A stretch of 64,000 bases of DNA from an uncultured Gammaproteobacteria bacterium (GTDB lineage: Bacteria > Patescibacteriota > Patescibacteriia > Patescibacteriales > UBA12465). The DNA lies in the NCBI GenBank assembly GCA_964408775.1, contig CAYPAP010000001.1, positions 153,524 to 217,523 on the forward strand, read 5' to 3'. The notes under the pieces are model-generated. The model saw only the letters and a list, made by a program, of their open reading frames with translations. It made no database searches and was not told where the DNA came from. Made by a program: the position numbers and the translations under genes. Positions 1 through 8,858 of this stretch are shown here, piece after piece. How positions within the stretch are numbered: the first letter of the stretch is position 1; each line of letters opens with the position of its first letter.

Positions 1-890
1 TATCCGAAGCCTTTGAAAGAATTGACGACCTACATAAAAGAAGTGGCGGCTTGCGAGGTTTATCTACTGGCTTTTACGACTTAGATAATTTATTAGCTGG
101 TCTACAAAAATCAGATCTCATAATTCTAGCTGCTCGCCCCAGTGTTGGAAAAACATCACTAGCCTTAGATATTGCCCGTCAAGCTGCTATCAAAAACAAA
201 GCTGGAGTTGGAGTTTTTTCATTAGAAATGAGTAAAGAACAATTGGTAGATAGAATGCTGTGCGCTCAGGCTAATGTTAATTTATGGAAAATGAGAACTG
301 GAAATTTATCAGATAAAGACGAAGATAATGACTTCGCTAAAATTGCTGAATCAATGGGATCACTATCTGAGGCTCCAATATATATTGATGACTCCCCCAA
401 TATCTCGGTTATGGAAATTCGAGCCAAATCTCGTCGTCTCCAATCTGAAAGAGGTTTAGGATTAATTGTTATTGATTACTTACAATTAATGGAAGGGCGC
501 GGAAAACATAGTGATAATCGGGTCCAAGAAATATCTGAAATAAGTCGAGGGCTAAAAGGGATCGCTCGCGAATTAAACGTACCGGTTTTAGCTCTAGCTC
601 AATTATCTAGAGCCGCCGAACAACAAAGCGGGCCATCCATTCCTCGCTTATCGCACCTAAGGGATTCTGGATCTATCGAGCAGGACGCGGATGTTGTTAT
701 GTTTATATACAGAAAAGCGGCTGACCGGGCCTTTAATATCCAGGACCTACCAATTGATGAGAGATACAAAGCCGAAGTGCATATTGCTAAGCACAGAAAT
801 GGTCCAACCGGAAAAGTCGACTTGTTTTTTTCAGAAGAAACTGCTAGCTTTAAGAATATTAGCAAAACACAATCAGAGGAACAAAATTAA
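1..890 (+). CDS. dnaB: Replicative DNA helicase DnaB, C-terminal RecA-like domain (5' part lies upstream of the window; reading frame 3)
   Basis: ORF is open to the window edge. Walker A ARPSVGKTS, Walker B-like LIVIDYLQLM, SRGLKGIARELNVPVLALAQLSR and HIAKHRNGPTG are typical DnaB motifs. Confidence 0.9.
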   Translation, partial: SEAFERIDDLHKRSGGLRGLSTGFYDLDNLLAGLQKSDLIILAARPSVGKTSLALDIARQAAIKNKAGVGVFSLEMSKEQLVDRMLCAQANVNLWKMRTGNLSDKDEDNDFAKIAESMGSLSEAPIYIDDSPNISVMEIRAKSRRLQSERGLGLIVIDYLQLMEGRGKHSDNRVQEISEISRGLKGIARELNVPVLALAQLSRAAEQQSGPSIPRLSHLRDSGSIEQDADVVMFIYRKAADRAFNIQDLPIDERYKAEVHIAKHRNGPTGKVDLFFSEETASFKNISKTQSEEQN

Positions 891-925
891 AAAATAATGA
901 AATAATTTATAATTAATCTAAAATT

Positions 926-1201
926 ATGTTTGGAAAACTAAAGCAATTGAAAGATTTAAGAAGTCAAGCTAAAACAATGCAAAATGTTCTAGCTGATGAA
1001 AAAGTGGAGTTAGAAAAAAATGGCATCAAACTGAGCATGAACGGAAACATGGAAATCATCGACATGAAAATTGAATCTGATTTAAGCAAAGAAGAAATAG
1101 CTCGAACTAGCAAAGAACTTTTTAACGATGCTATTAAAAAAACCCAAAGAATTATGGCTAAAAAAATGCAAGAAATGGGTGGATTTCCAGGATTGGGATA
1201 A
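926..1201 (+). CDS. ybaB: YbaB/EbfC-family nucleoid-associated protein
   Basis: 91 aa with the pattern QAKTMQNVL...ELFNDAIKKTQRIMAKKMQEMGG. Sits directly upstream of recR, the common ybaB-recR arrangement. Confidence 0.8.
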   Translation: MFGKLKQLKDLRSQAKTMQNVLADEKVELEKNGIKLSMNGNMEIIDMKIESDLSKEEIARTSKELFNDAIKKTQRIMAKKMQEMGGFPGLG

Positions 1202-1250
1202 AAAATAGAATAATCTTAGGAGGTTAAAATACAATAAAAAATACAATAAA

Positions 1251-1865
1251 ATGCCCATTACTTATCCTAAGTCCATAGAAAATCTAATAAAACAATTTTC
1301 CTCTCTGCCGAGCGTCGGTCGAAAAACTGCTGAACGCTATGTTTTTCATTTGTTAAAGCAAAAACCGGAGCAAATAAAACTGCTAGCTAGACAATTAGAG
1401 GAGTTGCCAGATAGTTTTAAATTTTGTCAGAAATGTTTATCTTTATCCGAAAAAGACCCCTGCAATATATGCTCCGACCAAAAAAGATCAAATAACACTA
1501 TCTGCCTTGTCTCCAGTCTACAAGACCTAATAGCCATAGAAAACACTAATAAATACAATGGCAAATACTTTGTTTTAGGGGGATTGATTAATCCTATTGA
1601 AGATATAGGTCCGGATAAGTTAAATATAAAACCCTTGGTTAAAGAAATAAATTTAAAACTAAGAACAGAAAAAAATATTGAAATAATTTTAGCCCTAGCC
1701 CCAACTATAGAAGGAGAAACCACTTCTCTTTATCTACAAAAAATTCTAAAAAATCCTAAAATAAAATTAAGTAAATTAGCTCGTGGACTATCCACTGGTA
1801 TGAGCCTGGAATATGTGGACGAAAACACCCTGGCTAACGCTCTTAAATTCCGTGGAATAGCCTAA
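1251..1865 (+). CDS. recR: Recombination protein RecR
   Basis: HhH LPSVGRKTAERY, C4 zinc finger CQKC...CNIC, and a Toprim-like core (LVSSLQDLIAIE, TIEGETTSLYL). Confidence 0.9.
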   Translation: MPITYPKSIENLIKQFSSLPSVGRKTAERYVFHLLKQKPEQIKLLARQLEELPDSFKFCQKCLSLSEKDPCNICSDQKRSNNTICLVSSLQDLIAIENTNKYNGKYFVLGGLINPIEDIGPDKLNIKPLVKEINLKLRTEKNIEIILALAPTIEGETTSLYLQKILKNPKIKLSKLARGLSTGMSLEYVDENTLANALKFRGIA

Positions 1866-1867
1866 TA

Positions 1868-1894
1868 AAAAAACGATCTCAGGATCGTTTTTTT
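1868..1894. terminator. Bidirectional intrinsic terminator between convergent recR and rplU
   Basis: aaaaaaCGATC-tcag-GATCGttttttt: the stem is flanked by an A-run and a T-run. Confidence 0.7.
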
Positions 1895-1914
1895 GAAAAA
1901 TATAATGTTGAGTA

Positions 1915-2229
1915 TTAAGCTATTTTATTTATCTTTATTTGACTAAAGTCCTGCCGATGACCGGTGGTCTTTTTTTGTCTGGTTTTACTCTTGTATTTTA
2001 CCACTAAAACTTTTTTTTCTTTACCTTGAGAAACAATTTCACCCTCAACTTTATCTCCCAAAGATGGCTTTCCTAAGTCAACAGAACTGCCATCAGTCTC
2101 AGCGACCATTAAAGTATCAAATTTTAGTTTTTCGCCTAAATCACCCGAAAGCTTTTCAACCTTTAGAGTATCCCCTTCCTTAACCTTGTATTGTTTGCCT
2201 CCAGTTTTAATTACCGCTATTTTTGCCAT
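1915..2229 (-). CDS. rplU: 50S ribosomal protein L21
   Basis: Canonical L21 N-terminus MAKIAVIKTGGKQYKVKEGDTLKVEKL; 104 aa. No rpmA (L27) follows it. Confidence 0.9.
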   Translation of the reverse strand: MAKIAVIKTGGKQYKVKEGDTLKVEKLSGDLGEKLKFDTLMVAETDGSSVDLGKPSLGDKVEGEIVSQGKEKKVLVVKYKSKTRQKKTTGHRQDFSQIKINKIA

Positions 2230-2259
2230 AAAATTTAAAAATTATTTTTTAATAATGAT

Positions 2260-2288
2260 ATAATAAGGGAAAGTCCCCGCCTTGTCAA
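2260..2288 (-). promoter_or_regulatory. Sigma70-like promoter for rplU
   Basis: Minus strand TTGACA-17 nt-TATTAT, about 30 nt upstream of the rplU ATG and abutting the murA stop. Confidence 0.5.
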
Positions 2289-2289
2289 G

Positions 2290-3549
2290 TTAATCAGTCC
2301 TAATAATGTCTGCCCCTAATTTTCTAAGTCGCTCGTCAAGATTTTCGTACCCCCTGTCAATCTGGTAAATATTATCAATCTCAGTTCTCCCCTTGGCGAT
2401 TAAAGCAGCAATAACCAAACCAATTCCAGCCCTAATGTCAGGACTAATTAATTTTTTTCCGTACAATTTACTAGGCCCGGTAATAACCACTCTGTGAGGA
2501 TCACACATCACAATACTCGCACCCATTTGAGACAACATATCTGTCCAAATAAGTCTTCGATCATAAATTGTTTCGTGCACTAAAGATGTCCCCTTAACTT
2601 GGGTCATTAAAACAGCATAAGGTGATTGTAGGTCGGTAGGGAAACCCGGATATTCATGAGTTTGAATGTTGTAAGGCCTTAGAGCCTTGCTTTTTTTTAT
2701 TTTCAACCAAGTTTTGCCAGTTTCGAAGTTAACTCCCACCTTTTTAAAAACAGCTAGTAAAATTTCAATATTTTCGGGATCACAATTTTTAATTAAAATT
2801 TCTGAATTAGTAGCCGCTGCCATCAAAGCAAAGGACCCTGTTTCAATTCTATCTGGCATAATTTTAATATCCCGTCCTTTAATTTTTTTCACTCCATCAA
2901 TAATAATAGTCGGAGTTCCTGCCCCTTTAATCTTAGCCCCACAAGAGTTTAACCAGTCAGCTAAATACTTTATTTCTGGTTCCATGGCGCAATTCTTTAA
3001 AACAGTTCTGCCCTCGGCCAAGCAAGCCGTCATCATTAAGCTCTCGGTTCCAGTGACAGAAACTTTAGGGAAAAAGAAATTACAGCCCTTTAATTTTTTA
3101 GCTTTAATATAGTAAGATTTTTCTTCAATCTTAATTTCGGCTCCTAGAGCTGAAAATCCATCTAAAAACAAATCTATTGGTCTACCCCCCGCTCCAATAA
3201 CACAACCACCTGGATGCGGAAAGCGAACTTCTTTGAATCTAGCGAGAAGTGGCCCCACAAACATAATAGAGGTTCTAAACTTATCGGCTAATTTAGATGG
3301 CAGAACTGTGGTCTTAATATTTCTAGATCCAAGAATAATCTTATTCTTGTCCTTTTTAATAGAAAAACCCAACTCCCCTATCATCTGTAATGACTTATCG
3401 ATGTCCTCAATCTTGGGCAGATTGCTAATTCCAACTGGGTCAACAGTTAAAATAGTAGCGGGGATAACCTTCAGAGCCAGGTTTTTAGCTCCCTTAACAG
3501 AGATCTCCCCCTTTAGTTCTTTTTGACCATTTATTATAAATCTAGCCAT
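2290..3549 (-). CDS. murA: UDP-N-acetylglucosamine 1-carboxyvinyltransferase
   Basis: 419 aa; active-site loop PHPGGCVIGAGGRPIDL; full-length enolpyruvyl-transferase layout. Confidence 0.9.
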   Translation of the reverse strand: MARFIINGQKELKGEISVKGAKNLALKVIPATILTVDPVGISNLPKIEDIDKSLQMIGELGFSIKKDKNKIILGSRNIKTTVLPSKLADKFRTSIMFVGPLLARFKEVRFPHPGGCVIGAGGRPIDLFLDGFSALGAEIKIEEKSYYIKAKKLKGCNFFFPKVSVTGTESLMMTACLAEGRTVLKNCAMEPEIKYLADWLNSCGAKIKGAGTPTIIIDGVKKIKGRDIKIMPDRIETGSFALMAAATNSEILIKNCDPENIEILLAVFKKVGVNFETGKTWLKIKKSKALRPYNIQTHEYPGFPTDLQSPYAVLMTQVKGTSLVHETIYDRRLIWTDMLSQMGASIVMCDPHRVVITGPSKLYGKKLISPDIRAGIGLVIAALIAKGRTEIDNIYQIDRGYENLDERLRKLGADIIRTD

Positions 3550-3566
3550 AAAAATATAATTAATAA

Positions 3567-4898
3567 TTATTGAATAAATAACTTATATAAACCTTCTTGA
3601 TTACTAATTTTACCCGTAAAATACAGAACACTACCAATCCTGTCGAGTGCTAAATTAGACACTTTTTCTAGAGAAACCAAATTTATAACCTGATTGTCAT
3701 ATTTTAGGTCTAAAATAAAAATGTCTTTATCGGTTGAATATATTATATAATTTTTTGGATGCCAAACCAAACTTTTGACCTCTTTGTTTAAACGACTAAT
3801 TAAGAAATTTTCAGCTGAGCCAGAATTAAACACATATATCTCATTGTCCGAGTGATAAACAAAATTCTCCCCGTCAATAAAATTGAACCCATCCACATTA
3901 TCAACTACCTTCCAAGAACGATCAAACTCAAAGGACAGGTTGATCACATAAATTTTTTCAAAAACTCTATCATAAATATAAATAAAATTTGAATAATTAT
4001 CAGGTGATATTATTTCATAATTATCCGAAATCGGTAGCTTAATAGATCTAATTAAATCTTTTTGACGACGGGAATAGACCTGAAGGGATGTCTCTTGGTC
4101 ATCTTTTAAAACTAAAAAATAAAAATTACTAGAAACTTCAAAATCAATTATATTATCCAGTGAAAATAAAATGTCTTCCTTGCCCGATTTAATACTATAA
4201 GACCTAAGACCATCTTGTAGATAAAATAAATCTCCTGATATGGCCTTAATATTTCCTCCATCTGGGAAATTATTATTTTTTAAATCTACATAATCATTTT
4301 TCAAGTAATCAAAAATTAAATTACTATTTAATAAAACTAGACCTGGTCCCAAAAAATCAATACTAGAAATATTATCACCCAAAAAAATTTCTTGTTCTGT
4401 CTTAAGATCTATTATTTTTTTATTATCTTCTAGAATTATTTTTTTATCTAAGGGACACAGAGATATTTTCTGAGTCAAAGAATCAGTGAATTTAATGGGC
4501 AGATTCTTTCTGAACAAAACAATGTCTTCGATATAAGAAGAATGACCCGGATAAATATTTATTTTTTGTTGCCAGGGCCAATAACCATCTAATTCTAAAT
4601 TTAAAACATATTCTCCTGGTAATAAGTTTTTTATTTTATATGGTGTTCTTAATTTTTTATTACGTAGAACATTATCATTAAAAAGTATTCCTCTAAATTG
4701 TCGCCATAAAAAAATATTTGCTCCCTTGGGCTTTGAATCTAAAACTAATATACCTGTTTTTTGAATTAAGGCCTCCCCTTTCAAAATACTAGACAGGGAT
4801 AATCTATACCCGGCAGCATATAGAGAAAAAAAGGCCGTCATTACAAAAAAGATAATAACAAAAAAAATAAATAAAATATTTCTAAACTTATACGACAT
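3567..4898 (-). CDS. Membrane-anchored PEGA-domain protein with a beta-rich C-terminal region (function unknown)
   Basis: N-terminal TM helix ILFIFFVIIFFVMTAFFSLYAAGY and a PEGA-like segment SKPKGANIF...LLPGEYVLNLELDGYWPW, followed by about 300 aa rich in beta-strand-type repeats. Confidence 0.5.
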   Translation of the reverse strand: MSYKFRNILFIFFVIIFFVMTAFFSLYAAGYRLSLSSILKGEALIQKTGILVLDSKPKGANIFLWRQFRGILFNDNVLRNKKLRTPYKIKNLLPGEYVLNLELDGYWPWQQKINIYPGHSSYIEDIVLFRKNLPIKFTDSLTQKISLCPLDKKIILEDNKKIIDLKTEQEIFLGDNISSIDFLGPGLVLLNSNLIFDYLKNDYVDLKNNNFPDGGNIKAISGDLFYLQDGLRSYSIKSGKEDILFSLDNIIDFEVSSNFYFLVLKDDQETSLQVYSRRQKDLIRSIKLPISDNYEIISPDNYSNFIYIYDRVFEKIYVINLSFEFDRSWKVVDNVDGFNFIDGENFVYHSDNEIYVFNSGSAENFLISRLNKEVKSLVWHPKNYIIYSTDKDIFILDLKYDNQVINLVSLEKVSNLALDRIGSVLYFTGKISNQEGLYKLFIQ

Positions 4899-4912
4899 AG
4901 ATTATTATCAAG

Positions 4913-5788
4913 CTAAATATTAGCGGAAAGATCCTTAATAAATTTCTTTAAATCGTCTTTGATTTCATTGTTTTTTATACCTAATTTCAAGGTAGCCTTG
5001 ATAAAGTTCAGCTTATCACCAGTATCTAGCCACTCTCCTTCTATTTTTTTGCCATAAAGAGGTTTATTTTTTTCCAGCATCAAATCAAAGGCATCGGCCA
5101 GGCGAATTTCTCCGGACTTACCGCTTTTCATGGTCTTTAAATTATCAAACACCTCTGGAGTAATAACATAAAGACCAACAGCAGCTAGATTAGATGGGGC
5201 TTTATCAATATCTGGTTTTTCAACAAATTTTCTGATTTCATAATTTCCATCCCCCAGGTCTAGACCATCTATTACCCCAAATTTATTAACTTCATTTTTA
5301 TTAACCTCGGATAACCCAACCACTGAATCCTGATAGCGATCATAAAGATCAATAATTTGCTTAACTGGAGAAATTGGAGCATCATACAAGGTGTCGCCGA
5401 ACATTATTAATACAGGCTCATCAAAGACTAAGTGTGAAGCACAATTAATAGCGTGCCCATCTCCCAAAGGAACGGCTTGTCTAACATAAGAAAATTTAGC
5501 TAAAGATTCTATTTCCTTAATTTTAGAAACCAAATCTAATTTATTTTTTTCAACCAAGGTGTGCTCTAGCTCAAAGGAATAATCAAAATGATCTTCAATG
5601 GCTCTTTTTCCTCTTCCGGTCACAAAAATAATTTCTTCAATGCCAGCAGAAACAGCATCTTCTACTAAATATTGGATAACCGGTTTATCAACCACTGGAA
5701 GCATTTCCTTGGGCTGAGCTTTAGTAGCTGGTAAAAAACGAGTACCGAATCCAGCCACTGGCATAATTGCCTTTCTAACTTTTTGCAT
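4913..5788 (-). CDS. galU: UTP--glucose-1-phosphate uridylyltransferase
   Basis: Motif MPVAGFGTRFLPATKAQPKEMLPVVDKP. Start placed at MQKV (5788) because the longer ORF (to 5842) overlaps the upstream GT2 gene. Confidence 0.85.
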   Translation of the reverse strand: MQKVRKAIMPVAGFGTRFLPATKAQPKEMLPVVDKPVIQYLVEDAVSAGIEEIIFVTGRGKRAIEDHFDYSFELEHTLVEKNKLDLVSKIKEIESLAKFSYVRQAVPLGDGHAINCASHLVFDEPVLIMFGDTLYDAPISPVKQIIDLYDRYQDSVVGLSEVNKNEVNKFGVIDGLDLGDGNYEIRKFVEKPDIDKAPSNLAAVGLYVITPEVFDNLKTMKSGKSGEIRLADAFDLMLEKNKPLYGKKIEGEWLDTGDKLNFIKATLKLGIKNNEIKDDLKKFIKDLSANI

Positions 5789-5811
5789 AAATTTATTTTT
5801 ATTTATTAATT

Positions 5812-6600
5812 TTATTTTAATTTTATTCTCCCTAATCCCCATTTTCTAAAATAACTCCACCAAGACCTTAGATGTTCTCTAAATAATTTGTCCTTAAAAA
5901 TTGATAAATACCAAGGTCTTTGGGCACTACCCCTGGTATGATAATGAATAACCTCGGCTTCGGGATTATATACCACTTTTTTACCCTCCTCCCAGGCTCG
6001 ACGACAAACATCGATGTCCTCGAAATACATAAAAAAACGTTCATCAAAACCAGAAAAACCATACCGTCTAATCAATAAACAAGAGCCAAGCATCCAATCA
6101 ACCTCTTTTATTATATCATGAGAATAGTCTTTAAGCAAAAACCAATCTAGGTGTTTTTTGAAAAATCTTCCTAAAAAAGTTCGACGAAAAATTGGAGTCC
6201 AGGGACGAGGAAAACGAGCGCAGGAATATTGCAGGGTCAAATTAGGATTAAGTAACTTAGGGCCAACTATATAAACATCATCATTTTTTTTAATATATTC
6301 AAATAAAATTTTAATGGCCTGGGGACGCAAGACTGTATCTGGATTTAAAATCAAAACGAACTCACCTCGAGATTCTTTAATGCCTAAATTATTTCCGCCA
6401 CCCATCCCTAAATTAACATTACTAATTATTAATTTAAAATCAATAATTTTATTAAGATCCAACAAGTTATCGCCAGAAGCATTATCAACCACGATAACCT
6501 CATAATTTAAACCCGAAAGATCAGACTCGGAAATAGATTTTAAACAATTTTCCAACTTATCTTTTGACTTATAATTAACAATAATTATTGAAATATCCAT
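5812..6600 (-). CDS. Glycosyltransferase family 2
   Basis: MDISIIIVNYKS, VVDNASGD and FMYFEDIDVCRR are GT-A/GT2 signatures. Confidence 0.8.
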   Translation of the reverse strand: MDISIIIVNYKSKDKLENCLKSISESDLSGLNYEVIVVDNASGDNLLDLNKIIDFKLIISNVNLGMGGGNNLGIKESRGEFVLILNPDTVLRPQAIKILFEYIKKNDDVYIVGPKLLNPNLTLQYSCARFPRPWTPIFRRTFLGRFFKKHLDWFLLKDYSHDIIKEVDWMLGSCLLIRRYGFSGFDERFFMYFEDIDVCRRAWEEGKKVVYNPEAEVIHYHTRGSAQRPWYLSIFKDKLFREHLRSWWSYFRKWGLGRIKLK

Positions 6601-6615
6601 AGAAAAAAGATTAAA

Positions 6616-7680
6616 CTAAATCTTAAAAACTTTCAAGAGAAACTTAAAAAATATAAAATAAACACTTAAGAAAAAATTTCCTAATTTAAGAAAAATACTG
6701 TCGACCTCTTGATAAGAAATTTTTCCGGAAATAATTTTTAATAACTCACTATCATTAATTTTCCTATTTTTTTGAATCTTTCTTCTCTCTCTTAAAATAT
6801 AAAACCAAGAAAAAGGATTTAAAAAATACAAATAAACTCTAATTTTTTTAATAAACCAACCATTAAAAATAGAAAAAAACAATAAACCCAGCTCCATTAG
6901 AAGAAAAGCTGGTAATAATAAAATTAAGGAAATTGTCTTGTAGTTTTTTAAAGACGTTATTATTCTATTTCTATCCATAAAATAATATTTAGAGATAGAT
7001 TTACTAAACTCATATTTATGATAAACCACTGAATTTAAAGATAGCACACATTTATAGCCACGGAGCCAAATCCTCCAGCCTAAGTCCTGGTCCTCATTAT
7101 ACATCCAATATTTTTCATCAAAAAGACCAACTTCTTGTAAAACTTCTTTTTTAAAAAGGACTGCGGCTCCTGAAGGATAAAAAATATCAGCGCCATCTTC
7201 AATTTTTATTTTACTATAATTGGATCTATAATCCTGACAAAAACCAAAGCCCAAGAAATGAGTACTATTACCCAAACTATTCACTAGGTTATCTTCACCA
7301 AACAACATTAATCGCGATTGAACAGCCCCAATTTTATTATCACTCTCAGCCATTTTGACTAACTCCGAAACCGCCCGAGAGTCTACTGTAGTATCCATAT
7401 TAAAAAGAACTACATACTCGCAACTATCTTCCATGGCCTTTTTCATGGCATCATTATTGCCCTTGGCGAAACCATCATTTTTTTTGTTTCTAATAATTAC
7501 CGCCTCTGGTGCTTTTTCCCTTAAAAAAGAAAAAGACTCCTCCGAACTAGAGTTGTCCACTATATACAGCTTAATTTCACCTAAATAATCTTGCTTTCTA
7601 ATAGATTCTAGGCAATCAACCAAGTATTTTTTAGCGTAATATTTATAGTTAAGTAAAATGATGGCAAGTTTTTTATTCAT
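6616..7680 (-). CDS. Glycosyltransferase family 2 with a C-terminal transmembrane region
   Basis: LAIILLNYK, IVDNSSSE, NEDQDLGWR, then 3-4 hydrophobic helices. The MNKK start overlaps the upstream stop by 8 nt (ATGAATAA). Confidence 0.75.
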   Translation of the reverse strand: MNKKLAIILLNYKYYAKKYLVDCLESIRKQDYLGEIKLYIVDNSSSEESFSFLREKAPEAVIIRNKKNDGFAKGNNDAMKKAMEDSCEYVVLFNMDTTVDSRAVSELVKMAESDNKIGAVQSRLMLFGEDNLVNSLGNSTHFLGFGFCQDYRSNYSKIKIEDGADIFYPSGAAVLFKKEVLQEVGLFDEKYWMYNEDQDLGWRIWLRGYKCVLSLNSVVYHKYEFSKSISKYYFMDRNRIITSLKNYKTISLILLLPAFLLMELGLLFFSIFNGWFIKKIRVYLYFLNPFSWFYILRERRKIQKNRKINDSELLKIISGKISYQEVDSIFLKLGNFFLSVYFIFFKFLLKVFKI

Positions 7681-8557
7681 AATCTTGGGTATTTTTGGTC
7701 TTTCCTTTAAAAATAGAAAAGGTAAAGGCAATAAATTTGCCAGCAGGCCAGAAAAATTTTAAAATCTGATATTGCCAATTAGAGTGCCATTTCTGGAAAT
7801 ATTTTAACATTGAGTCACAAAAATACTTTTGGGCTCTTCCCTTCTTTAATAAGGAAAAACTTTGCCCCACATAATCAAGGCAAAAAGTATTGGGATTATA
7901 CCAAACCTCTCCCCCCATTTCATAGACCTGTTTACAAAAATCAACCTCTTCAAACCAAACAAAGTATCTCTCATCTAGCAGCGGCCTTTCATCTTTATTT
8001 ATTTTCTTAAAAGAATCAACATTGATCATAAAAAAGGACCCGCGGACCGAATCAACTTTTTGAGCTAAATTATAATCAAAATCCAAATAAAGATATGATT
8101 TTGTAATTCTAGGAAAGACATGAGGAAGCTTTAAGATAATGGCCAGTTGGTCAAAAACGCCTGGAAAGCGCCTGATATGTTTAATTGTTTTATTATTATC
8201 ATCTACTAATAAACAACTAGAAACCACGGCCTGAGGATTCTTCTGAGCAAAAGCCAAGGAGTTATAAAGAGTGTCGGGAAAAAGTCTCATGTCGGGATTT
8301 AAAAGTAATATAAAATTACCATTAGATTTTTTAATAGCCATATTATTGGCAGCTGAAAAACCAAGATTTCGATCGTTTTTTATTAAATGAACCTGCGGGA
8401 AAAGCTCTTCTACCATCTCAGCCGAACCATCAATAGAATTATTATCAACCACAAAAACTTCAAAAGAAAAATCACCCTGAGAACCAAAAATTGACTCTAA
8501 ATTTTTTTGTAATTTTTCTTTAACATTATAAGAAACAATAATAATAGATAAATCCAT
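7673..8557 (-). CDS. Glycosyltransferase family 2
   Basis: MDLSIIIVSYN, VVDNNSIDGS and FEEVDFCKQ signatures. Confidence 0.8.
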   Translation of the reverse strand: MDLSIIIVSYNVKEKLQKNLESIFGSQGDFSFEVFVVDNNSIDGSAEMVEELFPQVHLIKNDRNLGFSAANNMAIKKSNGNFILLLNPDMRLFPDTLYNSLAFAQKNPQAVVSSCLLVDDNNKTIKHIRRFPGVFDQLAIILKLPHVFPRITKSYLYLDFDYNLAQKVDSVRGSFFMINVDSFKKINKDERPLLDERYFVWFEEVDFCKQVYEMGGEVWYNPNTFCLDYVGQSFSLLKKGRAQKYFCDSMLKYFQKWHSNWQYQILKFFWPAGKFIAFTFSIFKGKTKNTQDYE

Positions 8558-8562
8558 AAAAA

Positions 8563-8853
8563 CTATTTAATTATTTTTAATAATTTTAATCTCTCGGTCT
8601 TCCCACTAATAATGATAACATTTCTCTTGTCAGTGTCAAACGCCTTGGATAAAAATTTAATTAATTCCTGATTGGCCTTGTTTTTATCAGCCGGAGCTTT
8701 AATGTTAATAAAAATAACTTCTGCCTCTTCTTCATTTATATTAGCTAGCCTTATTTCTTTTATCTTGGTTTCAGATGATCCAGGAAAAGCTTTAATGGAT
8801 AAATAAACCTGGCCATCTTCTTTGAACTTAGTTAAATATTTTTTTAATTCCAT
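8563..8853 (-). CDS. DUF167 (YggU-like) small protein
   Basis: 96 aa; INIKAPADKNKANQELIKFLSKAF...IISGKTERLKLLKI matches the DUF167 pattern (APP.dGkAN..li.fL...sG..sr.K). Confidence 0.7.
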   Translation of the reverse strand: MELKKYLTKFKEDGQVYLSIKAFPGSSETKIKEIRLANINEEEAEVIFINIKAPADKNKANQELIKFLSKAFDTDKRNVIIISGKTERLKLLKIIK

Positions 8854-8858
8854 AAAAA

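Noticed and set aside
2687-3526. Plus-strand ORFs (141 and 97 aa) inside murA
   Set aside because: They are antisense to a confidently identified murA, and their translations are hydrophobic and low-complexity with no motifs.
5789-5842. N-terminal extension of galU (MGIRENKIKIKLINKNKF)
   Set aside because: It overlaps the upstream GT2 gene. The GalU family begins near the MPVAGxGTRFLP motif, which follows MQKVRKAI.
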